Origin: an uncultured Draconibacterium sp.
Lineage (GTDB): Bacteria > Bacteroidota > Bacteroidia > Bacteroidales > FEN-979
Assembly: GCA_964355945.1 (NCBI GenBank)
Contig: CAYHGE010000001.1
Coordinates: forward strand, 48,259-112,258
DNA: 64,000 bases
Reading direction: 5' to 3'
A program made the translations under genes and the position numbers. Shown piece after piece: positions 19,220 to 29,167 of the stretch (position 1 is its first letter; every line of letters starts with the position of its first letter). The notes under the pieces were generated by a model. It ran no database searches, was not told the DNA's origin, and worked only from the letters and a program-made list of their open reading frames with translations.

Positions 19220-20467
19220 ATGGAGGTCCTTATGCCAAACCGTGGATTTAACACAAAAGCCATTCATGCCGGGAAAACAGAATTTCATCCAGATTCAATG
19301 TCAGTCCCGATCTATCAATCTGTAGCCTATCCCTACCTTGATGCCCAGGAGGCTGCCGCGATTTTTTCAGGAGAAAAACCCGGTTTTACTTATGGCCGGT
19401 GGGACAATCCAACGGTTCAGGTGTTTGAAAACCGCATGGCTGCCCTGGAAAACACAGAAGGCGCAATTGCTGCGGCTTCCGGAATGTCGGCCATCTTTTT
19501 ACTGGCTCACCACCTGTTGAACCCCGGAGACGATGTTGTTTCTTCAAATCGGGTATATGGCGGTACGTTTGGCTTGTTTAATGTTGGACTACCCAAAATG
19601 GGTGCAAAGGTAAACTGGGTTACGAACCCTGATTCAATCGATGCCTGGGCCGAGGCTATCACGCCCAAAACTAAATTCTTATTTGTAGAGAGTCCGAGCA
19701 ATCCTTCACTGTTTATTGCCGACATCCCGGCCCTGGCAGTACTGGCCAAATCAAGAAATCTGCCACTGGTTGTCGATAATACGATTACCACACCAGCATT
19801 ACAGCAACCAATTCTACTTGGTGCCGATGTTATTGTGCACTCTACCACCAAGTATATTTGCGGCAACGCAACCAGCCTGGGAGGTATCATTTGCGGAACC
19901 AAAGCGCTTGTTGAAGGTATCCGGCAAAGCAGCCTCAGGTATCTGGGGCCAGCCATGGCACCGTTTAATGCCTGGCTTAGTCTGAATGGGCTTGAAACAC
20001 TCTCCCTGAGAATGGAGAGGCATTGTGCAAACGCACTGGGCGTAGCAACCTATCTTGAAGCACATCCCAGGGTGAAGAATGTTAACTACCCCGGGCTGGT
20101 GTCCAATCCATACCACAAGATGATCAAGGCACAAATGAAAGGGTGCAGTTCGCTGATGTCATTTGAATTGGACGGAACATACCAACAGGCAACCCGCTTC
20201 ATAGATGCACTCAGGGTTTTCACTCACGCAACGCACCTTGGCACATGCCGGTCGATTGTGACACATCCTGCCTCAACCACGCATTCTGCCATGGGTGAGG
20301 TGGAGATGCGCAAAGCAGGGATCTCCCCATCGATGATACGCTTCTCCGTTGGCATCGAGGATGAAAAAGATCTGATCGATGATTTGTCGCAGGCCTTTGA
20401 AAAGATTGACAGTGAGCCAATAGTAAAGGAGGATTTTAAAACTGGAAAATATCCGCAGGCATATTAA
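19220..20467 (+). CDS. PLP-dependent trans-sulfuration enzyme (MetZ/MetY/MetB-like sulfhydrylase)
   Basis: PIYQS, YGR..NPT, ASGMSA, YGGT, ESPSNP, VVDNT, HSTTKY (PLP Lys), HPASTTHS, IRFSVGIE. Confidence 0.85.
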   Translation: MEVLMPNRGFNTKAIHAGKTEFHPDSMSVPIYQSVAYPYLDAQEAAAIFSGEKPGFTYGRWDNPTVQVFENRMAALENTEGAIAAASGMSAIFLLAHHLLNPGDDVVSSNRVYGGTFGLFNVGLPKMGAKVNWVTNPDSIDAWAEAITPKTKFLFVESPSNPSLFIADIPALAVLAKSRNLPLVVDNTITTPALQQPILLGADVIVHSTTKYICGNATSLGGIICGTKALVEGIRQSSLRYLGPAMAPFNAWLSLNGLETLSLRMERHCANALGVATYLEAHPRVKNVNYPGLVSNPYHKMIKAQMKGCSSLMSFELDGTYQQATRFIDALRVFTHATHLGTCRSIVTHPASTTHSAMGEVEMRKAGISPSMIRFSVGIEDEKDLIDDLSQAFEKIDSEPIVKEDFKTGKYPQAY

Positions 20468-20468
20468 A

Positions 20469-21839
20469 ATGGAACAGGCACTTCTTTATTACTCAACCAA
20501 CCTGAAAGCCGGGGCAGTCCCCTTTAGCAAAGCGTTGCTGAAGGGCCTGGCTCCAGACAAGGGACTCTATCTGCCACGATCAATCCCCCAGTTAACCAGG
20601 GAAGAAGTTGATAATTATTCCCGGATGCCTTATTTTGAAATAGCATTCGATATCATTCGCAGGTATTTGGTTGGGGAAATCGGGGATAGAGACTTGCTGG
20701 CACTTGTTCAGGATGCCTATAATTTTCCGGTACCACTTGAAAAAGTGTATGACAGGAAATATATTATGCATCTGGACCAGGGACCAACTGCCTCCTTCAA
20801 GGATTTTGCTGCCCGGATGATGGGACGGCTGATGCAGCATTATCTGAAGCAAAACGGGAATAAACTGCTGATCCTTACTGCAACCTCTGGCGACACAGGC
20901 AGTGCAGTTGCCAATGCTTTTTACGGTCTTGAAAATATTCAGGTAGTCGTGCTCTTTCCAAGGACAGAGGTAACTGAACGTCAACGCAAACAGATGACCA
21001 CACTGGGGAAAAATATCCATGTGCTGGCGCTGGATGCCAAGTTCGACGATTGCCAGGCTCTCGTAAAGCAGGCATTTTCCGACCCCGGGCTGGACCACCT
21101 GAGCCTTTCATCTGCCAATTCCATCAACATAGGCCGGCTGATCCCGCAAATCGTCTATTATTTCTATGCATTCTCTCGCCTGAGGACAGAAAATAGTGCC
21201 GAAAGCATCATCTTTTCTGTTCCTTCCGGTAATTTCGGCGATATGATGGGTGGTATAATGGCGATGAAAATGGGACTTCCTGTCAGCAAATTCATCATCG
21301 CCACCAATGCAAATGATGAGTTTCCTCATTACCTCGCAACAGGGTTGTATCATAAAATCGAGCCGTCACGAAATTGTATCTCCAGCGCGATGAATGTCGG
21401 TCACCCAAGCAACCTGGCCAGGCTTGTTGCGCTTTATGGTGGAGTAATGGATGAACAAGGCAGGATTCATGAGCCCGCAGATATGGATCTGATGAGAAAA
21501 GAGATTTTCGCTGTCAGTGTTTCAGACCAGATGACCAGGGAGACCATCCGGGAAATCTATTCAAAAAGGGGAGTCTTGCTTGAACCACACGGAGCGGTGG
21601 GCTGGGCCGGGTTGATCGAATATCTTAAAATCAATCCCGATGATCCTGGACCTGAACAGCTGTGTGTTTCGCTGGAAACCGCCCATCCTGCAAAATTTCC
21701 TGAGGAAATACACCGGCTGATCGGTTTGGATCCACCTTTGCCTGAAAGCCTCAAAGGACTTGAGGATAAACCGGAATTCGATTCGGTTTTGCCTGCTGAT
21801 TACCAGGATTTTAAGAAATTTCTTTTGGAAAATTTTTAA
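20469..21839 (+). CDS. thrC: Threonine synthase
   Basis: GLAPDKGLY, GPTASFKDF (PLP Lys), ATSGDTG, SANSINIGRL, VPSGNFG, ETAHPAKF. Confidence 0.97.
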   Translation: MEQALLYYSTNLKAGAVPFSKALLKGLAPDKGLYLPRSIPQLTREEVDNYSRMPYFEIAFDIIRRYLVGEIGDRDLLALVQDAYNFPVPLEKVYDRKYIMHLDQGPTASFKDFAARMMGRLMQHYLKQNGNKLLILTATSGDTGSAVANAFYGLENIQVVVLFPRTEVTERQRKQMTTLGKNIHVLALDAKFDDCQALVKQAFSDPGLDHLSLSSANSINIGRLIPQIVYYFYAFSRLRTENSAESIIFSVPSGNFGDMMGGIMAMKMGLPVSKFIIATNANDEFPHYLATGLYHKIEPSRNCISSAMNVGHPSNLARLVALYGGVMDEQGRIHEPADMDLMRKEIFAVSVSDQMTRETIREIYSKRGVLLEPHGAVGWAGLIEYLKINPDDPGPEQLCVSLETAHPAKFPEEIHRLIGLDPPLPESLKGLEDKPEFDSVLPADYQDFKKFLLENF

Positions 21840-21951
21840 TTCAAAGTTCAAAATGCAAAGTCAAATGTCATAGTATTTGAGCTATTAATCCTGATTAAAG
21901 CATAGTTACCCCCAATTTTAACATTTGCCTTTGCTATCTGCATTTTGAATT
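21838..21951. repeat. 114-bp element with 31-bp imperfect inverted arms built from heptamer units
   Basis: 21838-21868 against the reverse complement of 21921-21951 matches 25/31 by my count; units TTCAAAG/TTCAAAA/TGCAAAG. Confidence 0.65.
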
Positions 21952-21985
21952 ATTTATAAAACCATTTATGCAAAAATCAACCCCC

Positions 21986-22588
21986 ATGTATATACTCTGC
22001 TCTGATCTCGAAGGTGTTTTTGTTCCTGAAGTATGGATCAATGTAGCCGATAAAACCGGTATAAATGAACTCCGCCGCACCACCCGCGACGAACCCGATT
22101 ACAATCTGCTGATGCGAAGCAGGATGAAAATTCTGGACCAGCATGGTTTGAAGCTTCACGACATTCAGAATGTTATTGCCCAAATCAGGCCCTTGCCCGG
22201 TGCAAATGAGTTCATTGAATGGGTGAAGGAACGCACGCAATTGATCGTGGTATCCGACACTTTTATTCAGTTTGCTGATCCCCTGATGAAACAACTGGGC
22301 CGCCCGACCCTGTTCTGCCACACACTCGTCATGGACGAAACAAACCGGATCATCGATTACAAGCTCAGACAGCCTGATCCGAAACGTAAAACTGTTGAAG
22401 CATTGCAGGGACTGACATACCAGGTAATCGCAATGGGCGATTCCTATAACGACATCAGCATGCTCAAACAGGCTGATGTCGGAATTCTTTTCCGGCCACC
22501 GCAGAATGTGGTCGATGATTACCCGGAGTTTCCTGTGGTCACGGAGTACAACGAGGTAAAGACGATTCTGGAACGTATTCTACTTTAA
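21986..22588 (+). CDS. thrH: Bifunctional phosphoserine phosphatase / homoserine phosphotransferase (HAD family)
   Basis: DLEGV..PE.W, TTRDEPDY..LM, SDTF..FA.PLM.QLG.PTLFCH, GDSYND. Alternative start at 21968. Confidence 0.92.
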   Translation: MYILCSDLEGVFVPEVWINVADKTGINELRRTTRDEPDYNLLMRSRMKILDQHGLKLHDIQNVIAQIRPLPGANEFIEWVKERTQLIVVSDTFIQFADPLMKQLGRPTLFCHTLVMDETNRIIDYKLRQPDPKRKTVEALQGLTYQVIAMGDSYNDISMLKQADVGILFRPPQNVVDDYPEFPVVTEYNEVKTILERILL

Positions 22589-25500
22589 AACAACCTTCAC
22601 CATCCGGGTCTCATTTCCTGTGATTACCCTGACAAGGTAAACCCCTTTGGGATGCAATGCCAGTGACAGTTCGTAACTCTTCTGCGGAGGGTATTTTTCG
22701 CTGAGGATTTTATCACCCATCATCCCATAAACTTCAACTGTTGCTGAAGAAATTTCCTGCTGATTTGTCAACTCAAGAAAAATCGATCCTGTTGTTGGAT
22801 TCGGGTATGCCCGCAGGGTTTTTCCGATCGATACCTCTGTGAATGTGTTTTCTGGTTCAGTCTCAGTCCCTGTCATCACAGGAAGGCGGGGACAGAACTG
22901 GCCTGTTGTGCTGATATAGCCATGCATATAGCATCCGGCAATGGCTGAAGTGCCTGGCATATAAATGATCTTTTGGCCGGCGATCATTGTTGCACTGGCA
23001 CCTGGATTCACGGTAAAGGTTGTGCCGCTACCCGCAACCACAATTACATTGTTGGCATCATAGCACAGGATCTGCCCGGCTGTGACACTGATGTTTTGCA
23101 AGTAGAGTGTATCAACGATCCAGGAAGTGATTTCGAATGCCAGGTCGGTGTATTTTACCATCGATCCGGGTGTTGGCCAGGTTATGGTTTGCCACACACC
23201 GGTTCCATTGGTTGCAGCTCCGCACAAAATAGGGTAAAACCAGCGGTTTGCCTCCTGCCAGCGCCATGAAGGCGGATTCACCGGATTATTTGACATCGCC
23301 TGCACCGAGAACCAGTATGTTGTATCCTTTACCTGGATAAATGGCTCCGGAAGCAGGAAGTCATATTTATAGATTGGTGACCCTTCATTGTTTATCAAAC
23401 CAGTGTTGATCTCCAGCAGTGGGTTAAACGGGACAATATAACTCTTGATTGGATTGGCAGGCAGGCAATTGGAATTGGCGTAAATCTTCAAGATGAAATG
23501 ATTAATTCCTGCTCCCCTTTTTTCCAATCCCTGGGCGCTCATTTCATAATTACCCCACCAGTGCAGGTCGGTTACAACCTCACCATTGCATTTCCAGTCA
23601 TCGGCAAGTAAGCTCATGTCAGTTGCATGCAGGCCCGGGAAAAGCGGGTCGGCTGGCTGGCTCCATTTTAAATCTCCATACACAGTTGTCAGGATTTTGT
23701 AATCTTCCACTTCACCATCAGAGGCTGGTCCGGTGTAGGAGAGTGCAGGTTGATGGCTGAAACGGCACCGGGCATAAGTTGAACCTGCAACCACATTTCC
23801 AGGGGTAATGAAGGTGAGGTAATTATCCCCAGCTACCAGGTTTATATCCATGAATACCTGTTCATTGGCATCTGCCCAATCTCCATCGGCATTAAAATCG
23901 ATCCAGCAGTTGAACAGTGCATTTCCAACTGAAGCAGTTACTTTAATCTTACATGGATTTCCCTTCGCAACAGGCCACATGAATACAACCCCGTCCTCAT
24001 CGTCAAGGTTGGCAATGTCATCACCATCAGCTGCAAGGGTTTGTTGACCATCCGGTTCACCATCTATCTGTAAACCCAGGTATGTGATTCCATCAATGAT
24101 GTGGCTTGCCCCGCCATTTACATTCAGGGTCGGATAGGTAGGATCGGGAGCGTCACCCCAGTCCAATTGATCTGGTTGTGGTTCAATATTTACCGCATAA
24201 TCCTCTACTTCGCCATTTGGTGCCGGCCCCAGGAATCCCAGCCCCTGCAGCGTGCAAAACCTGAACCTCGCAAATTTGGAACCGACGGTAGTGTTTCCAG
24301 GTACATTAAATGTCAGCATGTTAGGCCCGGGAATAAGCATTACATCAATAAAGACCTGGTCGCCCGGGTCAGCCCATGATCCATTACCGTTAAAGTCTAC
24401 CCAAACATTCAGGAACCCCTGCACCGAAGCCAATACATTGAGACTCGCCGGTTGATTTGGGATCCATGGATTCATGAAAAACACACCATCTTCATCATCA
24501 TTGGGGGGAGGAAACATGATGTCCATGTCATCACCCAATGCCATGGGGTCGGGCTGCCCGTCGGGTTCACCATCAACCTGGGGGCCGAGGTAGGTTACCT
24601 GGTCAATTGTATGTCGCGCACCATTGCTGGCAAGTAAGGTCGGATATAGCGGATCCGGAGCGTCACCGAAATCCAGTTCAGGTTGTGGTGCCAGCTCAAT
24701 CATGACCTGGTAATCTTCAACCTCGCCATTGGGAGCATAACCGAAAAACTGCAGGCCACCTTGTCCGCTCACTCTGAACCTGGCAAATGTGACAAATGGC
24801 ATGGCGTTGGCAGGTACCAGGAAGGATAAAAGGTTCATGCCCCCTGTTAATGGAACACTAACAAAAATTTGTTCACCCGGATCAGCCCAGGCATTCATCT
24901 TGTTAAAATCGACCCATGCATCCAGAATACATGGCATATTTACCATAACCTGCACGGTGGCAAGTTGCCCGGGAGTGAGCAAACTGGTAAACATGACTCC
25001 GTCTTCGTCGTCACCAATTGCCGGGTTAATGTCATCCCCGGTTGCAGTGCCGTTTGGCTGGCCGTTAAATTCAACATCAATCAATGGTCCAAGGCTCAGC
25101 CCCGTATTGGTATGCCTTGCACCATTCGATGCCATCAATGTCGGGTATGGGCCGTCAGGTGCATCACCAAAGTCCATGGTGGCAACGACGAAACTTTGCA
25201 TGGTAGCCTTGATATCGGGTCTTGGGCCTATATTGCCCACAGGGGGAGTTATCTGTGCCGTGCCATAGGTGGCCAGCCAGGTACGCATATTAGCTGGCGT
25301 AGGCGGGGTGGCCGATACATTCGCAAAGTAATACCCTTCAACACAGGCAAGAGCACCTGCCACGATGGGTGAAGCACTCGAAGTTCCATTGAAATCAGCC
25401 CTGTAATAGTAATTAGGTCCTTGGGCGTTGTAATATGTTCCGTACCCGGTGGTGAAGACATTTTCACCCCATCCTTGTAAATCAAACCGTGGTCCGTAAC

Positions 25501-26644
25501 TGGAAAACGAGAGCCGCTGCAGATTCCCTTCAATATATGTACCACCTGTATAGACTCCGCCAGCTCCGACAATGATTGCTCCCGAATTTCCATACCATGC
25601 CATGTTCCCGGTGTTGATGTTGCCATTTCCTCCTGCCTCTACCACATGAATTCCGTTGGCTATGGCATTAACAATGGCAGCATACACCGCGTTGTTGGTC
25701 TGGGCATTTGGGGTAGTATTGGTGTACCATTCCAATGGCACATATCCTCCTGATCCGGTATAGTCCCATTGCTGCTCCAGGAGTATTACATCCCCGGCAT
25801 AAAGGCTTGAAATTGCATAGTATATGGCGCCTGCCGGATTCCATGTGCCTCCCCAGTAAGTGCCGCAGGTTTTCAAACCTGCTCCATAACAGATACCTGT
25901 GGTTCCCCATCCGTTGTTGTCAGATACCAGTTCCCCAAGAACTGCCGTACCATGATTGTTGTCATTGAACGGATCGGTGATGGTATTCGGGTTTATTTGT
26001 GATCCGAGCGCTTTGGTAATATCAGCATGGTTGTAATTCCAGCTGTACTCCACATCGCAAATGGTAACACCGGTTCCTGTTCCCCCTGTTTGTGTCCATG
26101 CATAGAGCGCATCAACACCGGTTGGATTATTTGCGGCAGGATTCAGATAGCCTTGCTGGGACTGGTAATTTCCGGGGTTCGGCAATGGCACTGGTTTCGG
26201 AACAGGTTTTGCGAGGTAAATCCCTGGCAGGGCCTCAAGCCTTTCAGCGATCTTCCAGGTGTCATTTCCTTTTGGAATCTTTAACCGGTAGATGTTATTC
26301 AGATTATAAATGTCTTCGCCTGTGTTGCGTTCACCGTTTGTTTCCCAGTTATCGATTGTTGTTTCCGGCAAATCGGTCAGTCGCTGCCATGTGTGCCACT
26401 GCAATTCATTCAGGATATCATCAACCCCGAGCAATGCCCGTGTTGTGAGATCCGTTAAATTTCCGTTACGAATCCTCACTTTTGATTCACCTGAGAACAT
26501 CACCTCTATCCATTCCTCTTCGAATGCATAAGGATAATTGCTGTACGGTTTTGAGTTTTTTTCCGGATTCTGTGAAAATGATTCTGAAATTGCGTATCCA
26601 CAAAAGAAAAAACCCAGGACTGAAAGTAAAAAGATCTTTTTCAT
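22580..26644 (-). CDS. S8 subtilase with three GEVED domains and T9SS type A sorting domain
   Basis: Signal peptide; catalytic triad DVEYSW / HGTAVLG / GTSSASP; three D(F/W)GDAP...GEVEDY repeats; C-terminal YPNP...GVYLV...KVVLK. Confidence 0.9.
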   Translation of the reverse strand: MKKIFLLSVLGFFFCGYAISESFSQNPEKNSKPYSNYPYAFEEEWIEVMFSGESKVRIRNGNLTDLTTRALLGVDDILNELQWHTWQRLTDLPETTIDNWETNGERNTGEDIYNLNNIYRLKIPKGNDTWKIAERLEALPGIYLAKPVPKPVPLPNPGNYQSQQGYLNPAANNPTGVDALYAWTQTGGTGTGVTICDVEYSWNYNHADITKALGSQINPNTITDPFNDNNHGTAVLGELVSDNNGWGTTGICYGAGLKTCGTYWGGTWNPAGAIYYAISSLYAGDVILLEQQWDYTGSGGYVPLEWYTNTTPNAQTNNAVYAAIVNAIANGIHVVEAGGNGNINTGNMAWYGNSGAIIVGAGGVYTGGTYIEGNLQRLSFSSYGPRFDLQGWGENVFTTGYGTYYNAQGPNYYYRADFNGTSSASPIVAGALACVEGYYFANVSATPPTPANMRTWLATYGTAQITPPVGNIGPRPDIKATMQSFVVATMDFGDAPDGPYPTLMASNGARHTNTGLSLGPLIDVEFNGQPNGTATGDDINPAIGDDEDGVMFTSLLTPGQLATVQVMVNMPCILDAWVDFNKMNAWADPGEQIFVSVPLTGGMNLLSFLVPANAMPFVTFARFRVSGQGGLQFFGYAPNGEVEDYQVMIELAPQPELDFGDAPDPLYPTLLASNGARHTIDQVTYLGPQVDGEPDGQPDPMALGDDMDIMFPPPNDDEDGVFFMNPWIPNQPASLNVLASVQGFLNVWVDFNGNGSWADPGDQVFIDVMLIPGPNMLTFNVPGNTTVGSKFARFRFCTLQGLGFLGPAPNGEVEDYAVNIEPQPDQLDWGDAPDPTYPTLNVNGGASHIIDGITYLGLQIDGEPDGQQTLAADGDDIANLDDEDGVVFMWPVAKGNPCKIKVTASVGNALFNCWIDFNADGDWADANEQVFMDINLVAGDNYLTFITPGNVVAGSTYARCRFSHQPALSYTGPASDGEVEDYKILTTVYGDLKWSQPADPLFPGLHATDMSLLADDWKCNGEVVTDLHWWGNYEMSAQGLEKRGAGINHFILKIYANSNCLPANPIKSYIVPFNPLLEINTGLINNEGSPIYKYDFLLPEPFIQVKDTTYWFSVQAMSNNPVNPPSWRWQEANRWFYPILCGAATNGTGVWQTITWPTPGSMVKYTDLAFEITSWIVDTLYLQNISVTAGQILCYDANNVIVVAGSGTTFTVNPGASATMIAGQKIIYMPGTSAIAGCYMHGYISTTGQFCPRLPVMTGTETEPENTFTEVSIGKTLRAYPNPTTGSIFLELTNQQEISSATVEVYGMMGDKILSEKYPPQKSYELSLALHPKGVYLVRVITGNETRMVKVVLK
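23695..25177 (-). repeat. Three tandem GEVED-domain coding repeats (about 500 bp each)
   Basis: Repeated DFGDAP..YPTL...GA.H, DDEDGV, W.DFN, ARFR and GEVEDY blocks; boundaries approximate. Confidence 0.85.
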
Positions 26645-26944
26645 GTCGGTTTGTTTTTGAATTTCTACTTAGGTGACTAAAAATTACCAGTTTAGTTATA
26701 TCGGGGATATATTCAAAATATATTTCACAACACAGTTCCGCTATTTCAGGAAATAGCCATGAATTATTTAAATAGTCGGTAATCAGGTAGTTGTGGTGTA
26801 CGGAGAGATGTGTAGCAGGTTGATGGTGGGATAAAGATTTTAGCTGATCAACAATACCCTGTGCCGGCCTTTACATTTAACCCATAAATATACATTAGAA
26901 TGGTGCGATTTCCAAGAAAAAAGGGTAAAATGTTACAATATTTG

Positions 26945-26952
26945 TAAATTTG
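26945..26952 (+). promoter_or_regulatory. -7 promoter element (TAAATTTG)
   Basis: TAnnTTTG match 22 nt before the ATG at 26975. Confidence 0.5.
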
Positions 26953-26974
26953 CCACAACTAAATTATCTATGTC

Positions 26975-28165
26975 ATGCAAAACGACCCCTCAACTAAAAT
27001 CTACGACCTTCTTCAATTTGGCGAATATGGAGATGTAAATCCTTCAGTTTGCGATTCTGCTACCTTTACCTTTATGCAGGCCAAAACCATGCTTGACACC
27101 TTCCAGGGAGATTCTGAAGGGTGTTTCCTGTATTCGCGTCACTGGAACCCAAGCAATAAATATCTGGCCGATGCGCTCTCAGCCATGGAGGGAACCGAAT
27201 CATCATGGGTTACGGCCTCAGGAATGGCTGCCATTACCTGTTCCATCCTTCAGATTTGTAACAGTGGAGATCACATCGTTTGCAGCCTGACAACGTATGG
27301 CGGAACCTTTGCTTTCCTCTTTAACTACGTGAAAAAGTTTAACATCGATGTCACCTTTGTTGATATTACAAACCTCGACCTGGTTGAGCAGGCCATCCGC
27401 CCTAACACCAGGATAATTTATACAGAATCGATGACGAACCCTTTGCTGCAGATATCCGACATCCCTGCCCTGGCAAAGATAGCCAACGATCACAATATCA
27501 AGATGGTGGTTGATAATACCTTCACCCCAATGATCATTGCTCCGTTTCAGTTGGGTGCCCATGTGGTGGTTTACAGCATGACCAAGTTCATCAACGGGAA
27601 AAATGACTGTGTGGCAGGTGCAATCTGTGCTTCTGCGGAGTTCATCAATTCACTCAGCGATGTAAATGCCGGAACCGCCATGTTGCTTGGCCCGGCTTTA
27701 GACCCGCTTCGTTCATCCAGTATCCTGAAAAACATGCACACATTGCATATCCGTATGAAGCAGCACAGCAAAAATGCCATGTACCTTGCAGGAAAATTTA
27801 AAGAATATGGACTAAAGATCAACTATCCCGGCCTCCCTGAAAATAAGGGCCATAAAATCATGAAAACCATGATGAATCCTGAGTTCGGGTTTGGAGGACT
27901 GATCGCAATCGACATGGTAACCGCCGACCGGGCAGCAAAGCTGATGGAAATGATGGAGATTGCCGGTGTCGGATATCTGGCCGTTAGTCTTGGCTATTTC
28001 AAAACACTCTTCAGTAACTCCGGAAAGAGTACTTCCTCAGAAGTTCCTGAGGAGATTCAGCGGGAAATGGGATTGTCTGAAGGACTTGTCCGGTTTTCTG
28101 TTGGTTTGGATAATGATATTGAACATACCTGGCAAAAAATTAAAGGTTGCCTCGCCCAAATGTAA
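26975..28165 (+). CDS. Cys/Met metabolism PLP enzyme, methionine gamma-lyase-like (plant-type subfamily)
   Basis: FGEYGDVNPS, ATFT, YSRHWNP, YGGT, DNTFTP, SMTKFING, AVSLGY..TL, GLVRFSVG. Confidence 0.8.
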   Translation: MQNDPSTKIYDLLQFGEYGDVNPSVCDSATFTFMQAKTMLDTFQGDSEGCFLYSRHWNPSNKYLADALSAMEGTESSWVTASGMAAITCSILQICNSGDHIVCSLTTYGGTFAFLFNYVKKFNIDVTFVDITNLDLVEQAIRPNTRIIYTESMTNPLLQISDIPALAKIANDHNIKMVVDNTFTPMIIAPFQLGAHVVVYSMTKFINGKNDCVAGAICASAEFINSLSDVNAGTAMLLGPALDPLRSSSILKNMHTLHIRMKQHSKNAMYLAGKFKEYGLKINYPGLPENKGHKIMKTMMNPEFGFGGLIAIDMVTADRAAKLMEMMEIAGVGYLAVSLGYFKTLFSNSGKSTSSEVPEEIQREMGLSEGLVRFSVGLDNDIEHTWQKIKGCLAQM

Positions 28166-28171
28166 CTGCTC

Positions 28172-29113
28172 ATGTTAATCGATCCCAAAGCCAAAGCGCT
28201 GCTGACAGCAATTGAAGCGGCAGGACAGATCGATTTCGATGCCGTACCGCTTGAATTCGCCCGTGAACAGGTTGAAGCAGGTTATTCACGCATGAAAATA
28301 CCTGTCAAACAGGTTGGTTCGGTACGCGACCTTTCTTTTCCAGGTCCTGAGACAGATATTCCAGTCAGAATATATACACCTGAAGGTGACGGCCCTTTTC
28401 CGGTCATCGTTTTCTTTCATGGAGGTGGCTGGGTGTTTTTTCGTCTGGATGCTTATGATCCTATATGCAGCCATTTGTGTACGATCGCTAAATGTATCGT
28501 GGTCTCCGTCGATTACAGATTGTCACCCGAAAGTAAATTCCCTGCAGCAACAGAAGATTGCCTGCAAGCCGCCATTTATATTTCAAAACATTGCAGGGAT
28601 TGGAACGGGAATCCCGAAAGAATTTTTCTTGCCGGTGATAGTGCCGGCGGAAACCTTGCTGCAGTAACAGCCCTGAGGTTGCGGGATGAGTACACTCAGT
28701 CGCCCATACCCATCATGGGGCAAATTCTTATTTACCCGGTTACAGATTATTATAAGCCGGAAAAGCCCTCATATGTTGAATTTGCAGATGGCTATGGACT
28801 TACTTGTGGTGCAATGGCTTGGTTCTGGGATAAATACCTTGGCAATGAGCATGATTCGACAAATTACCTGGCAGCGCCATTGCTCGCCTCCAATTTGTTC
28901 CGTCTTCCACGGGCACTGGTCATCGTATCCGGCTGCGATCCGTTGAGGGATGAAGGTATTGCCTACGCAAACCGACTGTCAGGGGCGGGGGTAACCGTTA
29001 CCCTGTCTGTTTATGACGACATGATCCATGGTTTCCTCAGTTACCTGGGAATTCTGAAGCAGGCAAAGTCAGCCATTGAGGAAATTGCCCGGTGGCTGAG
29101 TCATTACCGGTAA
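28172..29113 (+). CDS. HSL-family (family IV) esterase/lipase
   Basis: HGGG oxyanion motif, VDYRLSPE..FPA, GDSAGG, DPLRDEG, HGF. Confidence 0.92.
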   Translation: MLIDPKAKALLTAIEAAGQIDFDAVPLEFAREQVEAGYSRMKIPVKQVGSVRDLSFPGPETDIPVRIYTPEGDGPFPVIVFFHGGGWVFFRLDAYDPICSHLCTIAKCIVVSVDYRLSPESKFPAATEDCLQAAIYISKHCRDWNGNPERIFLAGDSAGGNLAAVTALRLRDEYTQSPIPIMGQILIYPVTDYYKPEKPSYVEFADGYGLTCGAMAWFWDKYLGNEHDSTNYLAAPLLASNLFRLPRALVIVSGCDPLRDEGIAYANRLSGAGVTVTLSVYDDMIHGFLSYLGILKQAKSAIEEIARWLSHYR

Positions 29114-29167
29114 GTCAACCTGAAAGACACTTTCCTGTTTTTGCCCAAAGGTTATCTCAAGAAAGCT

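Noticed and set aside
26645..26974. 330-bp divergent intergenic region as a possible sRNA or tRNA
   Set aside because: No cloverleaf, stable hairpin or terminator was recognised; it is consistent with two promoter regions.
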